A DNA stretch of 64,000 bases from Balanoglossus misakiensis. Lineage: Eukaryota; Animalia; Hemichordata. This document shows, in pieces, positions 36,880 to 50,450 of this stretch. The stretch is from contig CM082585.2 in assembly GCA_040954595.2 (NCBI GenBank), positions 3,130,902 to 3,194,901 of the forward strand, in the 5' to 3' direction. A program made the position numbers and the translations under genes. Position 1 is the first letter of the stretch. Each line of letters opens with the position of its first letter. Under the pieces are notes generated by a model. The model saw only the letters and a list, made by a program, of their open reading frames with translations, was not told the origin of the DNA and searched no databases.

Positions 36880-37594
36880 GTGGTCCGGCTGCAAATCGCC
36901 TCACCCAAATTGTGTATAAATTGGGTCCATATAAATGAAAATTGGGTCCACCAAAATTGAAAAGGTGTCTGCAAATATTATAGTTGTGTTGACCCAGAAT
37001 TTGAATTGTTGTTGGCATGTAGGGGCCAATATGGTCCATTGCATTTTCTCATCAGGGGCCACCCCTGTTTGTATGTATATTGGCCAGATTTTTGAAAACA
37101 ACACATTTAGATCAAACCACCAACATGGTGAAAGAAGTAAATTTATTCAAAAACTGAATCAATGAACAGCATTGAAGAATTATGTGTCTTTTAAATTGCG
37201 TCTGTTTCAATAATGTCAGTTTGAGCTTATGAGTCTTGTGCATACTATCAACTACTGTACAACAGGTTATTTTTCGTGAGCAATAAATTTATGCAAAATA
37301 CGCGAAATATAGTTGTGAAAGAACAATGTGCACAATGCAGTACGAGAACGGGGAAAAGTAATGCTCACGTAACAGTGGCCTCTCTCGATATCGCGAAAAT
37401 TTCAACTTGCGAAAATAACATATTTTACAGTATCTCTAATGTTGGTACTGTCTTGGGTTTCTTTCAGCTGGGATAATCTGCAGCATGTAAAAGCCAGGGA
37501 CCAATACCACCAGCATTTCGAACAAATGGATGAGGCACTGACCGCTTTCAGCCAAAAAGCCAGTGTTGAAAACGTGGTGGAAAGATGCTACTGA
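30164..37594 (+). CDS. Uncharacterised ~179-aa single-pass membrane protein with a helical/coiled-coil C-terminus; exons 30164-30229, 31248-31322, 35314-35385, 35905-36104, 37468-37594
   Basis: Five exons with strong AG/GT sites splice in frame; exon 3 encodes the TM helix [17 protein letters not shown]; TGA at 37592-37594. The first-exon frame is ambiguous (alternative donor at 30224 with an upstream exon ending 29655). Confidence 0.75.
30415..30442. mobile_element. 28-bp hAT-like micro-MITE
   Basis: catggaggtact-ctct-agtacctccatg with an 8-bp direct repeat ggaaaacc at 30407-30414 and 30443-30450. Confidence 0.75.
31743..34296 (-). mobile_element. CACTA/EnSpm-type non-autonomous element in intron 2 of the + strand gene
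   Basis: TIR cactgggcaaaa / ttttgcccagtg; 3-bp TSD tac; many subterminal acgtatat motifs; exon-like remnants on the - strand. Confidence 0.85.
34857..34875 (-). promoter_or_regulatory. CTCF-like motif
   Basis: Reverse strand reads CCGCTAGAGGGCGCTG, a close match to the CTCF core consensus; motif evidence only. Confidence 0.4.
35421..35685. repeat. Compound (TATG)n(GGAT)n microsatellite
   Basis: Read directly from the sequence. Confidence 0.97.
36244..36325. mobile_element. ~82-bp hairpin MITE (second copy at 61861-61943)
   Basis: tgggccatccca..gaaaggggtcttat...ataagacc.ctttctgct.gggatggccca at both loci. Confidence 0.8.
36584..36760. mobile_element. Kolobok-like MITE (related partial copy at ~31438-31570)
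   Basis: aggtata..cacct / aggtga..tatacct termini next to (T)TAA; shared body ggtggcacac..gaaaaaagagcgccacc. Confidence 0.6.
37255..37430. mobile_element. Tc1/mariner-type MITE
   Basis: TA-CTGTA..gttattttcg / cgaaaataac..TACAG-TA. Confidence 0.7.
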
Positions 37595-39863
37595 AAGGTA
37601 TGCTGAATCTTGACCCCTGTGTGACCTTTACATCCTGGCATTTTGTTGATATGATTTAACCATTTTGAATTTAAACTCTGGATCAGCCAACCTTACACAC
37701 TGAATCTGTAAATCATCCCAAAACAAAAATATTGTCTATTACACACATGTTGAATCATGTGCCAACAAAATTTACACGGGTGTTTCTAAAACTTGTAACG
37801 AGCTGAACCTACGGTAATGACCAATAATGACCTTGAAACATATCGAATGATTAATAAGGAACAATAACGATCAAAAATAATGTGATCCGTCCATAAATCA
37901 CATCACAACCACATGCAGTTCCCTCCCATCGGTGGAATCATGCCCTCTATGACACATTTGATAGATTCCAATTTGAAAGTAATAGCAAGAACGAACGGTG
38001 ATGAGCAATAACAAGCAAGAGATACATAGCATGAATAAATAATTCAATTCAATTTTTCAATTCAATTCAATTTATTACCCTTGTTGAGAAGTAGTTACAT
38101 AACTCGTGAGTAAAAACAGATTGCATGAAAGGGTAATTGGGAACAAAAAATAGGATTCCCCCTTTTTTACACTTAAATCACCCCTTGTAACAAGTTCAGG
38201 GGGCGACAATTGCCCCTTCGTGAGCAACCCACCCAGCCAGTACATGCGCGTCAAGCCTTCAGAAGCATGCACCGTCAGTCAAAACACTGGGATACTACTG
38301 CGTGCTGGCCTATACATTTTAACTTCCCACCCCCCGAAACTATGTTGTAAATGACTTTCTCATTCAATTATGTGTAATTTAGCTCCAGGGCTATAGTGTG
38401 CAATTATTGGAACAGCAAAAGTGTTCTATCTGGACACCATCTAAATTTAGAGCACATGTACACACTCTGCACTCAAGTGAACTTGTTGTTATGGCAACTT
38501 TTGAAATTGGGTTGGTAGAATGTAATAATTTTATGGAAATTAAAAGTACTGTGTTCACTGCGGTGGCGATTATCCAGACTGTATCGGTTTTCCATGACCT
38601 CAACGAGTTGCCCTACATTACCAGTTTGCCCTGAATAATCTTTGACATTTGCACTGCACATTATTAAGTTGTTATTTTCTGAACTAGCTGTAGACTCCAG
38701 AAAAATATTGGCAAATTGTTTTTTGACCAAAAAATTTCTTAACAAACACATATGACAACCAACTTCTTTCAGTCAGCCCTGGGAGAGATCGACAGAAAGA
38801 GACGCTCACTGACCTGTCTCTGGTTATTAAAAATAAAATAGCTGTTGGTCTCTTTACACCTGGCCTACTAAAGTTATGTAAACATGTCTGAGTTGAGTAG
38901 GGGGTACCAACTCCTTGTAAACAGTAACTTTCAAAGCAACTGGACACTTGGTTTAGGCCAAGATTTGCTATATAAACCAATTTCCAAAATCAAAGAAATT
39001 TTCAAAAAGCAATCCAACAATCAGTTTCACAGAAAGCAATATTTGAATGTTCAAAAGTGGCAAAAACACAAATATGCAAATATCTTTATAGTTGTACAAT
39101 ATCTTCAATCACCTCAAGGAACATGCCTGCCATGGGGCCAAAGTAAAATGAAAAACAACTCAGATGCTAGGTCCCACCAGGACAATATTAAATAACAATA
39201 CTAAATTGTTGCATTTCATTTTATTCTGAGAGCCTGGTTAAATACTCAAAATATGTTGTGCAAACGCCAAGTGTATATGTTGTTGCCTATGTTATTGTTG
39301 GGAAAAAAAGTATTGAATTCAGTTACAAGTACAGTACATGTATCAGAGATATATCTGGTAAAAAGGGAAACAATTATCTCGCAATGTCTGCATCTGTGCA
39401 AATATGCTAGAGAACCGTGTTTTACCTTCGGCCTAAAAAATTAAAAAAAAAATTCTTTTGCTCGCTGCTCCTGTCACTAGGTCCAAAAAATCAAATGAAC
39501 ACGATTTTTCTCTCTGGCCTAACATCAATATAACTGTTGGCTGCTCCATTTTATGTAGATGGGAATTCATATGGGGTTTGTAAAGTTTCTTCAAACATTC
39601 AGAGTATGTCAGTTCACATAGATGAAAACATCTAAGTCAATGCACAACATTTACATTTATGTGAAAACTAACCAACACTCGAGCACAAATACCAAGAACA
39701 TCAAACCAGCGTGAACAAAGTCATCGACGATGACTTTTTTCCAGCAATGATAGGAAATTAAACAACTGTTTAGTTCCATGAAAATGGTCATGATAATTGA
39801 CACTGATTGCATAACTTCAGATGACTAGTATGAAATTGGAAAAGATTGTCATTTCCACAGTAT

Positions 39864-42800
39864 TAGTGTGGTATGATGTGTATTCCCGTAGGATTTTTGT
39901 GCTAAAATTGATTTTTTTGCTGTTTTGGCTTCTATGGGGACCCAACTACCCGAAAATGATGGGGTGCAATTTTAAGGGCCCCTCCATCATATTTTTCTGG
40001 GGGGGGGGGGGTACTTCCGTTTCGTGGTATGATGTGTATTCCCGTAGGATTTTTGTGCTAAAATTGATTTTTTTTGCTGTTTGGCTTCAATGGGGACCCA
40101 ACTACCTAAAAATCATGGGGTGCAATTTTTAGGGCCCCTCCATCAATTTTTTTTCGGGGGGTCTCTTCTGTGTTGGTCACTCGAGGATATTTCTTCACCT
40201 TTTTACTCTATCATCATGGGAATTTGGGCTACAATTAATTTGTTTTTGTTGTTTTTGCTTTGGAGGGGACCCACCTGGCCGAAAATAATCGGGTGCAAAT
40301 TATAGGGCCCCTCCATCATTTTTTATTGGGGGGGGGGCACTTTCATTTTGGCCACTCCGAAGTTGTTTGTTCTAGTGCGGTATGGTATGTCAAGAAAAAC
40401 AGCTCCCGTAGGATTTTTGTGCTAAAATTGTTTTTTTGCTGTTTTGGCTTCTATGGGGACCCAACTACCCGAAAATGAAGGGGTGCAATTTTAAGGGCCC
40501 CTACATCATATTTTTCTGGGGGGGGTACTTCCGTTTTGTGGTATGATGTGTATTCCCGTAGGATTTTTGTGCTAAAATTGAATTTTTTGCTGTTGTGGCT
40601 TCAATGGGGACCCAACTATCCGAAAATGATGGGGTGAAATTTTTAGGGCCCCTCCAACATATTTTTTCGGGGGGGGGGTCACTCCTGTTTTGGCCTCCCC
40701 GAAGATATTTATTCACCTATCTACTCCATTTTCGTAGAATATTCTGCTAAAGAATTTTTTTTGCTGTTTTGACTTAAATGGGGACCCACCTGGTCGCAAA
40801 AGATCACATGCAAATTTTAGGGCCCCTCTATTACATTTGTGGGGGGGGGGTACTTCCATTTCGACAATCTTAACGGTATTTGTTCACCTATTTCGTGTAT
40901 TCTCGTAGGAGTTTTTGCTAATAGTTATTTGTTTTATTTGCTGTTTTGGTTTGAATGATGAATAAACATCCCCAAAATGATGGAAATCAATTTGTTGGAC
41001 CCCTCCATCACATTTTCTTGCAGGGTGGGGGGGGGGGGGTCACTTTAGTTTTAGCAGCCGCGGAGATATTTGTTCATTGATCTAACCTTCATAGTGTGAC
41101 ATGTGTATTTGTAAAGGATTTCTTCCAATTTCCTTTTTTTAACTTCTATGGGGACCTAACTGCTCAAAAATGAGGGAGGTCAAATTTTAGGGCCTCTCCA
41201 CATTTTGGGAATCACAAATATTAGACGGTTTATGGGGTAAACATATCAGTTGTCACATATACTACAGCGCTATCTTAGTTTTATAAATATATACTTAGTT
41301 GCATTATGACACTAACAAATCAACCACAAATATCTCTCTGGTTTGGACTTCTCCCCTCACCTTGGACCGCCACCCAACTCATCACCACACTTATGTTTTC
41401 TATGGTTTACAAAAGTATAGTATACTAGGCTATACCAAATAGTATAATATATTAGGGTTACTCTTTTTTCTCTTTCCCAGGGCAATTAGTGAAAGTCTGT
41501 GTAGATGTGAACTTTTTCGTTAAAAGTGTTTTATTCTTTCGTAGCACAATCAATGTCTGAGATATTTACCATTGTACTAAAAGTCTCACCGATATCAGTC
41601 TGTGCAAAAACTCTCAAGTATGTTTTAGTTCAACACTTTTTTCTTGGGGTATCAAAACGATATTCAGTTGAACTCATTTCAAAGTTAAATACTGTCGTAA
41701 ATAAAGCCTGTGAAGTACATATCAGTTGAAGTATTGTCTATTTAAAAGTAGTATTTTCAAAATTTTCATGCCGATAGCGTAATAGTGCTGTAAAAAGCCC
41801 TTGAATTATGTCTTACTTCTAAAACTTGTTTTGGTAAACATTAACAATATCAAATTTGGCTCATTTTGTAGCTCAATACTACTGAAAATCTGTGAACTAC
41901 ATCTCAGTTTTATTACTAAATACATATTGGCTATTTTCTTAGCACCGTAAGCCGCGTTTTACGTTCCAGATCGATAGCTATTTGGACATTTTGCAATAAA
42001 CTACAGAATTAATATGTCAGATAAAAACAAGATTTGCGTGATCTGTGAAAAGGGTGCCACCCCTTCATCACAATGAGGGATAAATCATACGCAACAAATT
42101 GTCCTGAACTTCCACCAATCGAAAAGAATGGGTGGAAATCGGAGAATGGCGTGTTTTATCCAGTAAAATGTCTTGCTCTCCCTGCACCAAAGGCAGTACT
42201 AGAGCTTATCAAATGTGGCTGCAAAGCAGGTTGTAGGGGACGTTGCAGTTGCTCAAAGAATGATTTACCATGTACTCCCCTCTGTAAATGCTATGGTGGA
42301 GACTGAAAACCAATTAAGGGAAAATGTTCTTGAAAATAACGACACTGACGATGAGTAGATCAAACATAACTGGTTTTTGTGAAAATGATGATTGAGAATA
42401 CCAAGATATCAGAAAAGAATCGTTATGCTTCTTGGGTTGTTTATTGCACCTTCCGTGGTACTTCCTTATGTACTTTATTACATTAAAAGGGGTTTTAAAT
42501 TACCTTAGTATACTAAATTTAGAATAAACGAAAAAATCTAAGATTAAAAAACAACTGTTACAACGGGTTGGCGAAAACAAATATAGAACCCCCCCCCCCC
42601 CCTCCCCAAAAATATGTGGTAAAGGGGTCCAACATTTAGCACACCATCACTTTTCGGCAGTCAGTCTGCATTCAAGCCAAAAGAGCAAACCAAATTGCAA
42701 GAAATACCACGACAATACTAACCTTATAGTAAATAGGTGAACAAGTACCTTCAGGGTAGCCAAAACAGAAATGATTACCCCCCCCCCCCCAAAGACATGA

Positions 42801-43438
42801 TTGAAGGTTCCAAAAATTTGAACCCCATCATTTTAGTTCTGGTGGAGCCCCATTGAAACCAAAACATCAAAGAAAAATAATATTTTTAGCAAAATATTCT
42901 ATGAGAAGGGAGTAAATAGGCCGACAAACAACTTCGGAGTGGCCAAAATGAAAGTGTCCCCCCCCCCAATAAAAAATGATGGAGGGGCCCTATAATTTGC
43001 ACCCGATTATTTTTGGCCAGGTGGGTCCCCTCCAAAGCAAAAACAACAAAAACAAATTAATTGTAGCCCAAATTCCCATGATGATAGAGTAAATAGGTGA
43101 AGAAATATCCTTGAGTGACCAACACAGAAGAGACCCCCCGAAAAAAAATTGATGGAGGGGCCCTAAAAATTGCACCCCATGATTTTTAGGTAGTTGGGTC
43201 CCCATTGAAGCCAAACAGCAAAGAAAATCAATTTTAGCACAAAAATCCTACGGGAATACACATCATACCATGAAACGGAAGTACCCCCCCCCAGAAAAAT
43301 ATGATGGAGGGGCCCTTAAAATTGCACCCCATCATTTTCGGGTAGTTGGGTCCCCATAGAAGCCAAAACAGCAAAAAAATCAATTTTAGCACAAAAATCC
43401 TACGGGAGCTGTTTTTCTTGACATACCATACCGCACTA
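39864..43438 (+). mobile_element. Academ-type DNA transposon deletion derivative with long repetitive TIRs
   Basis: TAG...CTA termini, 3-bp TSD tat (39861-39863 and 43439-43441), inverted arms of ~160-180-bp subrepeats, internal Cys-rich transposase tail. Confidence 0.85.
42073..42306 (+). pseudogene. C-terminal fragment of an Academ-type transposase (Cys8/CXC-like zinc finger)
   Basis: P...NGW......YP.....PAP.AVLELIKCGCKAGCRGRCSCSKNDLPCTPLCKC; upstream coding sequence is absent. Confidence 0.8.
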
Positions 43439-43907
43439 TATCTGTGATTACTCATTCTGTCTATTTCTAGGATGTTATTGTACATTACTGCAAGTTTCTG
43501 CTCATTTATACTGCTCATGACAAGTTTTACAAGCACCCAACAATTCAATTAGAATGGCACAAAATAAGTCCATAAAAACTGAGCATGAATCATTGTTGAT
43601 GTAGACTTTGTTTTCATAATTACGTAGAGATATAATTGCTAAAAGAATTAACATGAGGAAATGAGAAAACGATTTTACATGTACTGTGTACTGCATATAG
43701 TACAACGTAATTGATGGACTCTTACACTTACATTACCTGGCATGTGTACTGCAAAGACAATGCCTGGAGTTATAAAGAGTGTTTGATCGCGGAAGCTACT
43801 GTCTTTTTGTCACATGCAGTCAATCTCCTCATCGTCACCACCCCCCCCCCCCCCACCTCATCACTTATATTTTCCTGTACGGCATCTCTTTGCTTTTTTC
43901 AGATACG

Positions 43908-44185
43908 AGAAACTAGATGTTGCTTTGCAGGATGGCGAACATTGATCTGCATGCCAACTGGCAGATTAAAGTCCGACTGCCAATAGTACCATGCAGAAAC
44001 TAGATGCTGCTTTGCAGGATGGCGAACATTGATCTGCATGCCAACTGGCAGATTAAAGTCCGACTACCAATAGTACTATGCAGAAACTAGATGCTGCGTT
44101 GCAGGATGGCAGAGATTGATCTGTATGCCAGCATAGCATCGAGGAATGCGGCCAGATGATTTGGACCAGAAGTCCGACTACCATG
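43908..44185. repeat. 87-bp tandem repeat, about 3 copies
   Basis: gaaactagatg recurs at 43909, 43996 and 44083. Confidence 0.9.
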
Positions 44186-46859
44186 CAGTCTCCATGATGC
44201 CTCATCCATTAACAGAGGTCCGTAGACGCATGGAATCCCAGCTTGCAGTGCTTACGGTAGTTTTGGGGGCATCCCTGGCATGCATTTTTATATATTTTTG
44301 TAAATTTCCTTAATTTCAGTGTACACATCTGTATTTGAACAGTTTATTTATTTATATATGTATATTAAGTTATTTTGTTAGTTGTAGTTTTAGTTAGTTA
44401 TAGTATAGTATAGTTATAGGGTATTTATGTTTGTTTGTGTGTTTGTTTGTTTGTTTGTTTGTTTGGTGTAAGTGTGTGTGTCATTCACATGTTTATTTGT
44501 TTGTTTGTTTGGTGTTAGTGTGTGTGTCATTCACATGTTTATTTGTTTGTTTGTTTGGTGTAAGTGTGTGTGTCAGTAAAAATATGAAAGGTTTCAGATA
44601 CACTATTTACCTTTTGTAAATACCCCCCCCCCTCCCCCAGAGAATTAATTCTTGGAGTCGCTTGTGTCCACACACACAAAGTTTATGTATAGGTGCTGAG
44701 GCTCAGCCCCATAGACAATGGGTTGTGGAGAGGTGTTAATCCTTACATCAGGTCTGGTTGGCACTTCATCACCAGTGATTCAAATTGCCCATTTGACATC
44801 AAACCATCAGTATTCAGAAAGATGTGAATTTTCTATGAGTTACAATTATTGTTCTCATAATGTACAGAAAAGTTTACATTGAATCACTTAATCATTCAGC
44901 CATTCATTTTCTTTGATTTTGAATATATCTAGTTTTGTTACCACTTCCCTGACTACATGCTTTATGATGAAATAGTACACTTGACATCACGGGTACCATA
45001 TGCAAATTTCCACTACCTAGCTTGGACTAGGAATTCTTGAGCATTCAGAAAAAAAAATTCTCTGCATTCAGAAAAAATATTTCCTGTCATGCAATTTTGA
45101 TTTTGAATATATCTTATTTGTTTACACATGGTTCCACCGTGTTTTTTAGGATACACATTTTCATTGATTTGTTTCACAGTATAATCTAATGTGGCTGTTG
45201 GTCCATATTGGATGGTATTGTGACGTGTTGTTTGCAGTGAGATTTGATACGGCTACCAGCAGACGCCCCTTTGTGTGAATTTCTTCACGTCATCACCAAT
45301 TTGTCATTTTTTGTGGGTCATTTGTTTGGTATTGTGATTTCGCCCCTTTAACTGTCGATCCAGTAGAGACAGTGTCATTAACAATGGATTGCCATGCATA
45401 ACTTGACGAGGAGAGTCCATGGAAAATCAGTTTCATTCAAGAACTAGATTAGTTGGTGCCTTGGAAGACTAAATCGTAGAATTTGTGATAATAACAGTTG
45501 AGCCTTTGATACAAGGTGTCAGTAAAGGATTTGGAGTCGCTTACAGGTCGAAATTCAGAAAATGTGGACCATGAAAGTGCGAGTTTGTCCCTACAATGAT
45601 TGTAAGTCTTCATAATGTTATAAACATGCATAGAACATACGTAAGGCAGTATGTTGTACGACATCTTTGGAGAACATATAAACAGAGTTATACTGCTTGG
45701 AACAGCATTCAGCCTTTGTGTAAATTACCCTCTTGTTTATTACTTGTTTCAAACATTTTGCTACACCCATAGAGGGTGTATGGTTTAGGGGCCACTTCTA
45801 CTGTCATACTCCTGTAGCCCATGTGTCCTGAATTCTATATTGCAGAATCTTGTCTAAGAAATGCTCGTTTATGAGTGGAGCCACCAGCGCAGCTGTAATA
45901 TGCATAATATGATTTTACCGACTGAATGAGTGAATGGCTGATCTGTAACAGACATGCTCTATCACTTTGCTGACTTCTGCACGTGGGCTTCTGTGATACA
46001 GCTAATGTCACATATACCCCTATTCATTGGAGTTAAGTTTCTAGCATGCCGTTTGGGGATGCTGCAATCATGGATCACCACTGGGTCCCAGGACAGTTAA
46101 ACTTCATTCAGCTCATAACACTTGGCAGAAATGTGTACTACAAATGGGTTTCCCAATGCCTGCACATATGCGCTGTCCCTTCAATTTTCTGCAGTTGTCA
46201 GAATTCCTACTTCCTTGCCGTCAGTGGCATACTATTCTCTCCACATTCCGAAACTATCATTTTATTGGTTATATACATGTATATGTGCCTGTACCGGTAC
46301 ATATGATATTATGGAGGTGCAGGCAACACCTATTGGGTATATGTGCACGTGTGTTCACTAAGATACATCTCTCAGCTAGTATACAGTCTCTGATCATAGT
46401 GATCCTCTTCCTTGTGTCTTTACTAATGAAACACACCATTTACCATTTATTGTCATTGATATCTCTGATATTGTCAGCTCTGTCAGGTTGTGGGCAGCTT
46501 CATCTTTCTGAGATAGCAGTTTTCTTTTCTCTTTGCTATTGTCTATGTTTCTTGGTATGTGTTGAGATGGTTTTAACAGATGTGTCTTTTCTCTATTTGT
46601 GGAGGCCTCTCTGGCCAATTGGCTATTTATGATGCATGCAATTTGAAATAATGTGAAGGGAGCCAAGTAAAAATACTTTGCAAAAGGATGGGTCAGGTCA
46701 GATCATTCCTGAAAACTACTTTGATTCAGACCATCAACTCATGCTTTCAACCCTAAGCTATCTTATTGCAGGCTCCCAGATCCACGTATGTTTCTCACCA
46801 TGTGATGAATACTTGTCCAACCATGAAGCATTGCTATTCAGGAATTATGAATAGTCAGG

Positions 46860-47620
46860 CCATTTTAGCAAGAGTGCAGTGGAGATTGCATTGTACTGGT
46901 ACTTCAACATGGCATACTAGAGATCATGCCAGCTGAGGTGAATGGTATATCTCACCAGGAGACCAAATTGCAGTTTGTTAGGCTCAGATCTTTGTTCTTC
47001 TGAATCACGAAGCCCTCCTACTTTGGGAGGACTGGATGCAGGCTATTACTAAGTATGACACCGATGTCCACATCTACAGTGCTTGTGTTGTGATTATACC
47101 CGGATTTGTACTGTACAGCAGTGAATCTCGGACCACCCAGAAGGAACCGTTAGCTCAATGTCTTTCACATGCGCCACTTGAGACGTGTCTCCTGGATGTG
47201 AAATATCAAGACAAAGTTACCATGAGTCCATGACAACACTGTCCTGAAGAGAGCTGTTTTTTCTAGCATGTACCATACCTGGTTCAGTCTGCTGAAGCAG
47301 AGACACATACACTGGTTTGGCCATGTTGTGCTCATTGATGATGGGTGGATCCTGACACTTAGGGGAAACAGACCAACGCAGACCTGACAGTTACACCACA
47401 GGGATATTTGGACATGGACACAAACTCTTGGGAGTCTAAAGCCTCAGACTGAATGACCTGGAGACAAGTGGTTGGCAATGGCCTCTCCAACTCGCCCAAA
47501 CATGCGAAGTCAGAGACGTAGAAGGAAGACATTAAGCCAGGCAAACAGATCCTCCTTAGCCTTCATCTGGGCAAAGTGTCAGAGGGACAGTCATTCTCAC
47601 ATTGGATTCACTGGTCACAC
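46860..47620 (+). mobile_element. Decayed 3' fragment of an RTE-clade LINE
   Basis: Broken-frame motifs LYSSES, LNVFHMRHLR, YQDKVT, LLKQRHIHWFGHV, MDTNSWESKASD*MTWR. Confidence 0.7.
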
Positions 47621-48099
47621 CCAATCAACTCTGTTCCGGATCTAGACCAGCATCCCAGCATGAAGATCCATAGTTTCTTGAGACTGAAGGATGCCACCAA
47701 ACCTCATTTCTACTGCCGCCACATCTTGAGACAGTTTAATCTAGTGGAATACACACTGTAGGGAATGTATTGAGCACTTCACCAGCTATCTTATGCATCT
47801 GCATTATGGAGATGATTTCTTTAGTTCTGTCTCACTTCAGAGGGGGAAATTTACACAAAGGCTAATATTAGGGACAACTGAAGTTTACTGTTTTTTAAGA
47901 TGAAATTCTTCCATCAATGTGAGTGATGGTTTCCAAAAGTCACTCAACCCATGAATCAAGGTGTTATAACTCACCTCATCTGACCTTGAAAACACAAAAA
48001 TCAGGATTTAATCAGGATTTAAAATACATCCCGTAGAACAGCTAAAAATGTAGTTAGCACAACGGCATAGACAGAAAAACAGCAACAAAAGACAAATAA

Positions 48100-48834
48100 G
48101 GTGGCATTGCATGAAACCGTCAAGACTTTTTCAGAGGCCTATTTCTCATCAAAGACAACGTTAAAACTCCTATAAATGATTCATAGTCTGGAAGCTGAGT
48201 TTTTGAACTTTAGTTTGCGTTGCATATTTTATTGACCCCTGGAAATGGTGGCGTTTTTGGGTTAAAAAAAAACATTTTTGATATTATGTCATTCAATTGA
48301 AATTAGGTAAAAAAATCGACTGTGCATCTCATGCATCTTAATATGTCATTTGAAACTAGAGTACACGTGCAAAAAAAACGAAAATATTGTTTTGCGTTAT
48401 CTGCTTCTATAGAGGAGTAACATCGTTTGAAAGCGTTAGATTTTTAGAAAATTTGATAAAATACACAATGAGTTGTATTGAATCAGAGTTCATTCCGTCA
48501 GGGACACTTTATCAACTAACATTTTTCGTATTGTTGGATGGGTCATACACAATCCCCTGTTCAAATTTGAGCAAATTCGGCCAACGCAGAGAGAACATAA
48601 ATTCTTCTGAAGTTGTCAAAAGCAGCAAAAATGCAAACCGAGAAAAACACCAATTTGCATTGTTGACACCTATTTCTTAAGCTGTGGACTCATTCACAAC
48701 GGTGCGATTTTTGTGTGATTATGCACCATTTCCGCCAAGACGCATTTGTCAGAATGTGAGTCAGTATTAGACCTACTGATTTTTGTAAAAAAGTAAAATT
48801 TGGCAAAAATCACAACTTTTCATGCAATGCCACC
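48100..48834. mobile_element. Non-autonomous TIR element, possibly Kolobok-like
   Basis: Perfect 17-bp TIR ggtggcattgcatgaaa / tttcatgcaatgccacc. Confidence 0.8.
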
Positions 48835-50314
48835 AAAACAACACAAGACAAGAAGACAAAAAAAACTAATAAAAAATTGAAAGAACAGTGATAAAAAAAG
48901 TCAATCAAAGAACAGTAGATAGACACTCCGCATCGACTTTCTGTAGAGCTGTTGAAATTTTGAAAAGACAAAGACATCAGAGTTCACTATTTTGTTCAAA
49001 ATGCTTTTGCCACTGTTGCAAATTCTGGGTAAAATTAATGTAAAGTAATTTTCGCCTCAGAGAATCGAAAGATGGAACATTGTTAGATACACACATCCCA
49101 CTAGCGTTGTAATCCTGTGCTATGCACATAATAATGATATATATGAATATTTATTGAAGCCTTCCTCAAGCCAGTGAATGAGATCTGGTATACTTGACAG
49201 ATGAAAAATAACAGCATCTGGCAGTCACACATGTTCACTTTTGTCATATAATGTATAGCCAAACATAATTTCGCAAACAAATTTGCATTAGAGATTGTAG
49301 CAATGTGTTGCAAGTAAATTTGTTGATGATATAATGTGATAGCTAGACACAAAAAAATGAAATCATACACTTTGTATGGAATGTTATGTTTGACACAGAA
49401 TACATGTTTTCGTCATGGTGACTGAAATTCAACAGCCCATGTATCCATTTTCGTTGTTTAGTAAACAATTTTTTGCATTATCAAATACATAAAAATCTGC
49501 ATGTTAGGGGTGTTAGTGACTGTTACATATACCTCCAACTTCCATTCAAAATATTTGTAAAAGTGCAAAGGCAAACATTTATGGAGCATAATGATATTCA
49601 CCAAAATTCAGCTAGACAGATAAAAATACAAAAGGTTATTTCACCAGGTAAAATTCCCCAAATTTACAAGCAAATTGTTATATTATCAGTGTTTGAGCCA
49701 GCTTTTGAAAGCATACAGTACATATCAGAGATTCCTCAGTCAAACCAGGCATAGTTCACGTGTGTACAGAGAATTGTAGACCTCTAACACAAATTTTGAG
49801 ATCGTACTTTTAAGGTGAATCTTATTGTCAATAACCATTTTAAATGATTTTAAAAATTATGCGTTATTGAGAGAGGAGATACTAATTTTATAAAATAATC
49901 AAGCAATTGCGTAGCCAACCATACAAAAAAGTTTGAAGTAAAACAGGGACACTTGAAACACCTGTTTAATCGAACAAAAAGATATTGGTTTTTCTATTGA
50001 CAGAACAAAGGAAATTTATATGTTAACATTCAACAGAGACTGGCCACCTCAGGTAGTCATTGCTTGTTTCCTCCAAAGTGTGACATTTGCAGTACATGAA
50101 TACTTTGATTTCTATGGCTTTTAAATTTTGATTCTATTTCCTCAACATACTTTTTCTAGATAAAAATAAATAAATTTATAATGACTTCATATCATTTTTA
50201 GTATGTTAAAGAGAAAAAGTTATTAGTTAGTATGTAAAACAGAAAAAGTTATTAAAATGTCAACCATCGATGATACAAATCATGGAGAATTGTGGGTAAA
50301 ATAATGTACTGTGG

Positions 50315-50450
50315 ACATGTGAACCGCAGCAGGTTAGAAATGGGGGACAAATCACATTTTCGGGAGACAATATATCAGGACAGGGTTCTCCCTGGGAAAA
50401 ATCATGGAGTCAGGGCTAATTTCCATGAAATTTACATAATCATACCTTAT
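50315..50450. repeat. Dispersed repeat; inverted copy at ~58885-59020
   Basis: cgcagcaggttagaaa..aatatatcaggacagggttctccctgggaaaaatca present in both orientations. Confidence 0.75.

Noticed and set aside
45449-45720. Possible Penelope RT C-terminal relic on the - strand
   Set aside because: Only a faint resemblance (…YHKFYD); no diagnostic motif.
46144-46632. 162-aa hydrophobic ORF (likewise 58270-58776 and 33383-33856)
   Set aside because: No domain motifs or exon structure; consistent with chance ORFs in AT-rich or TE-derived DNA.
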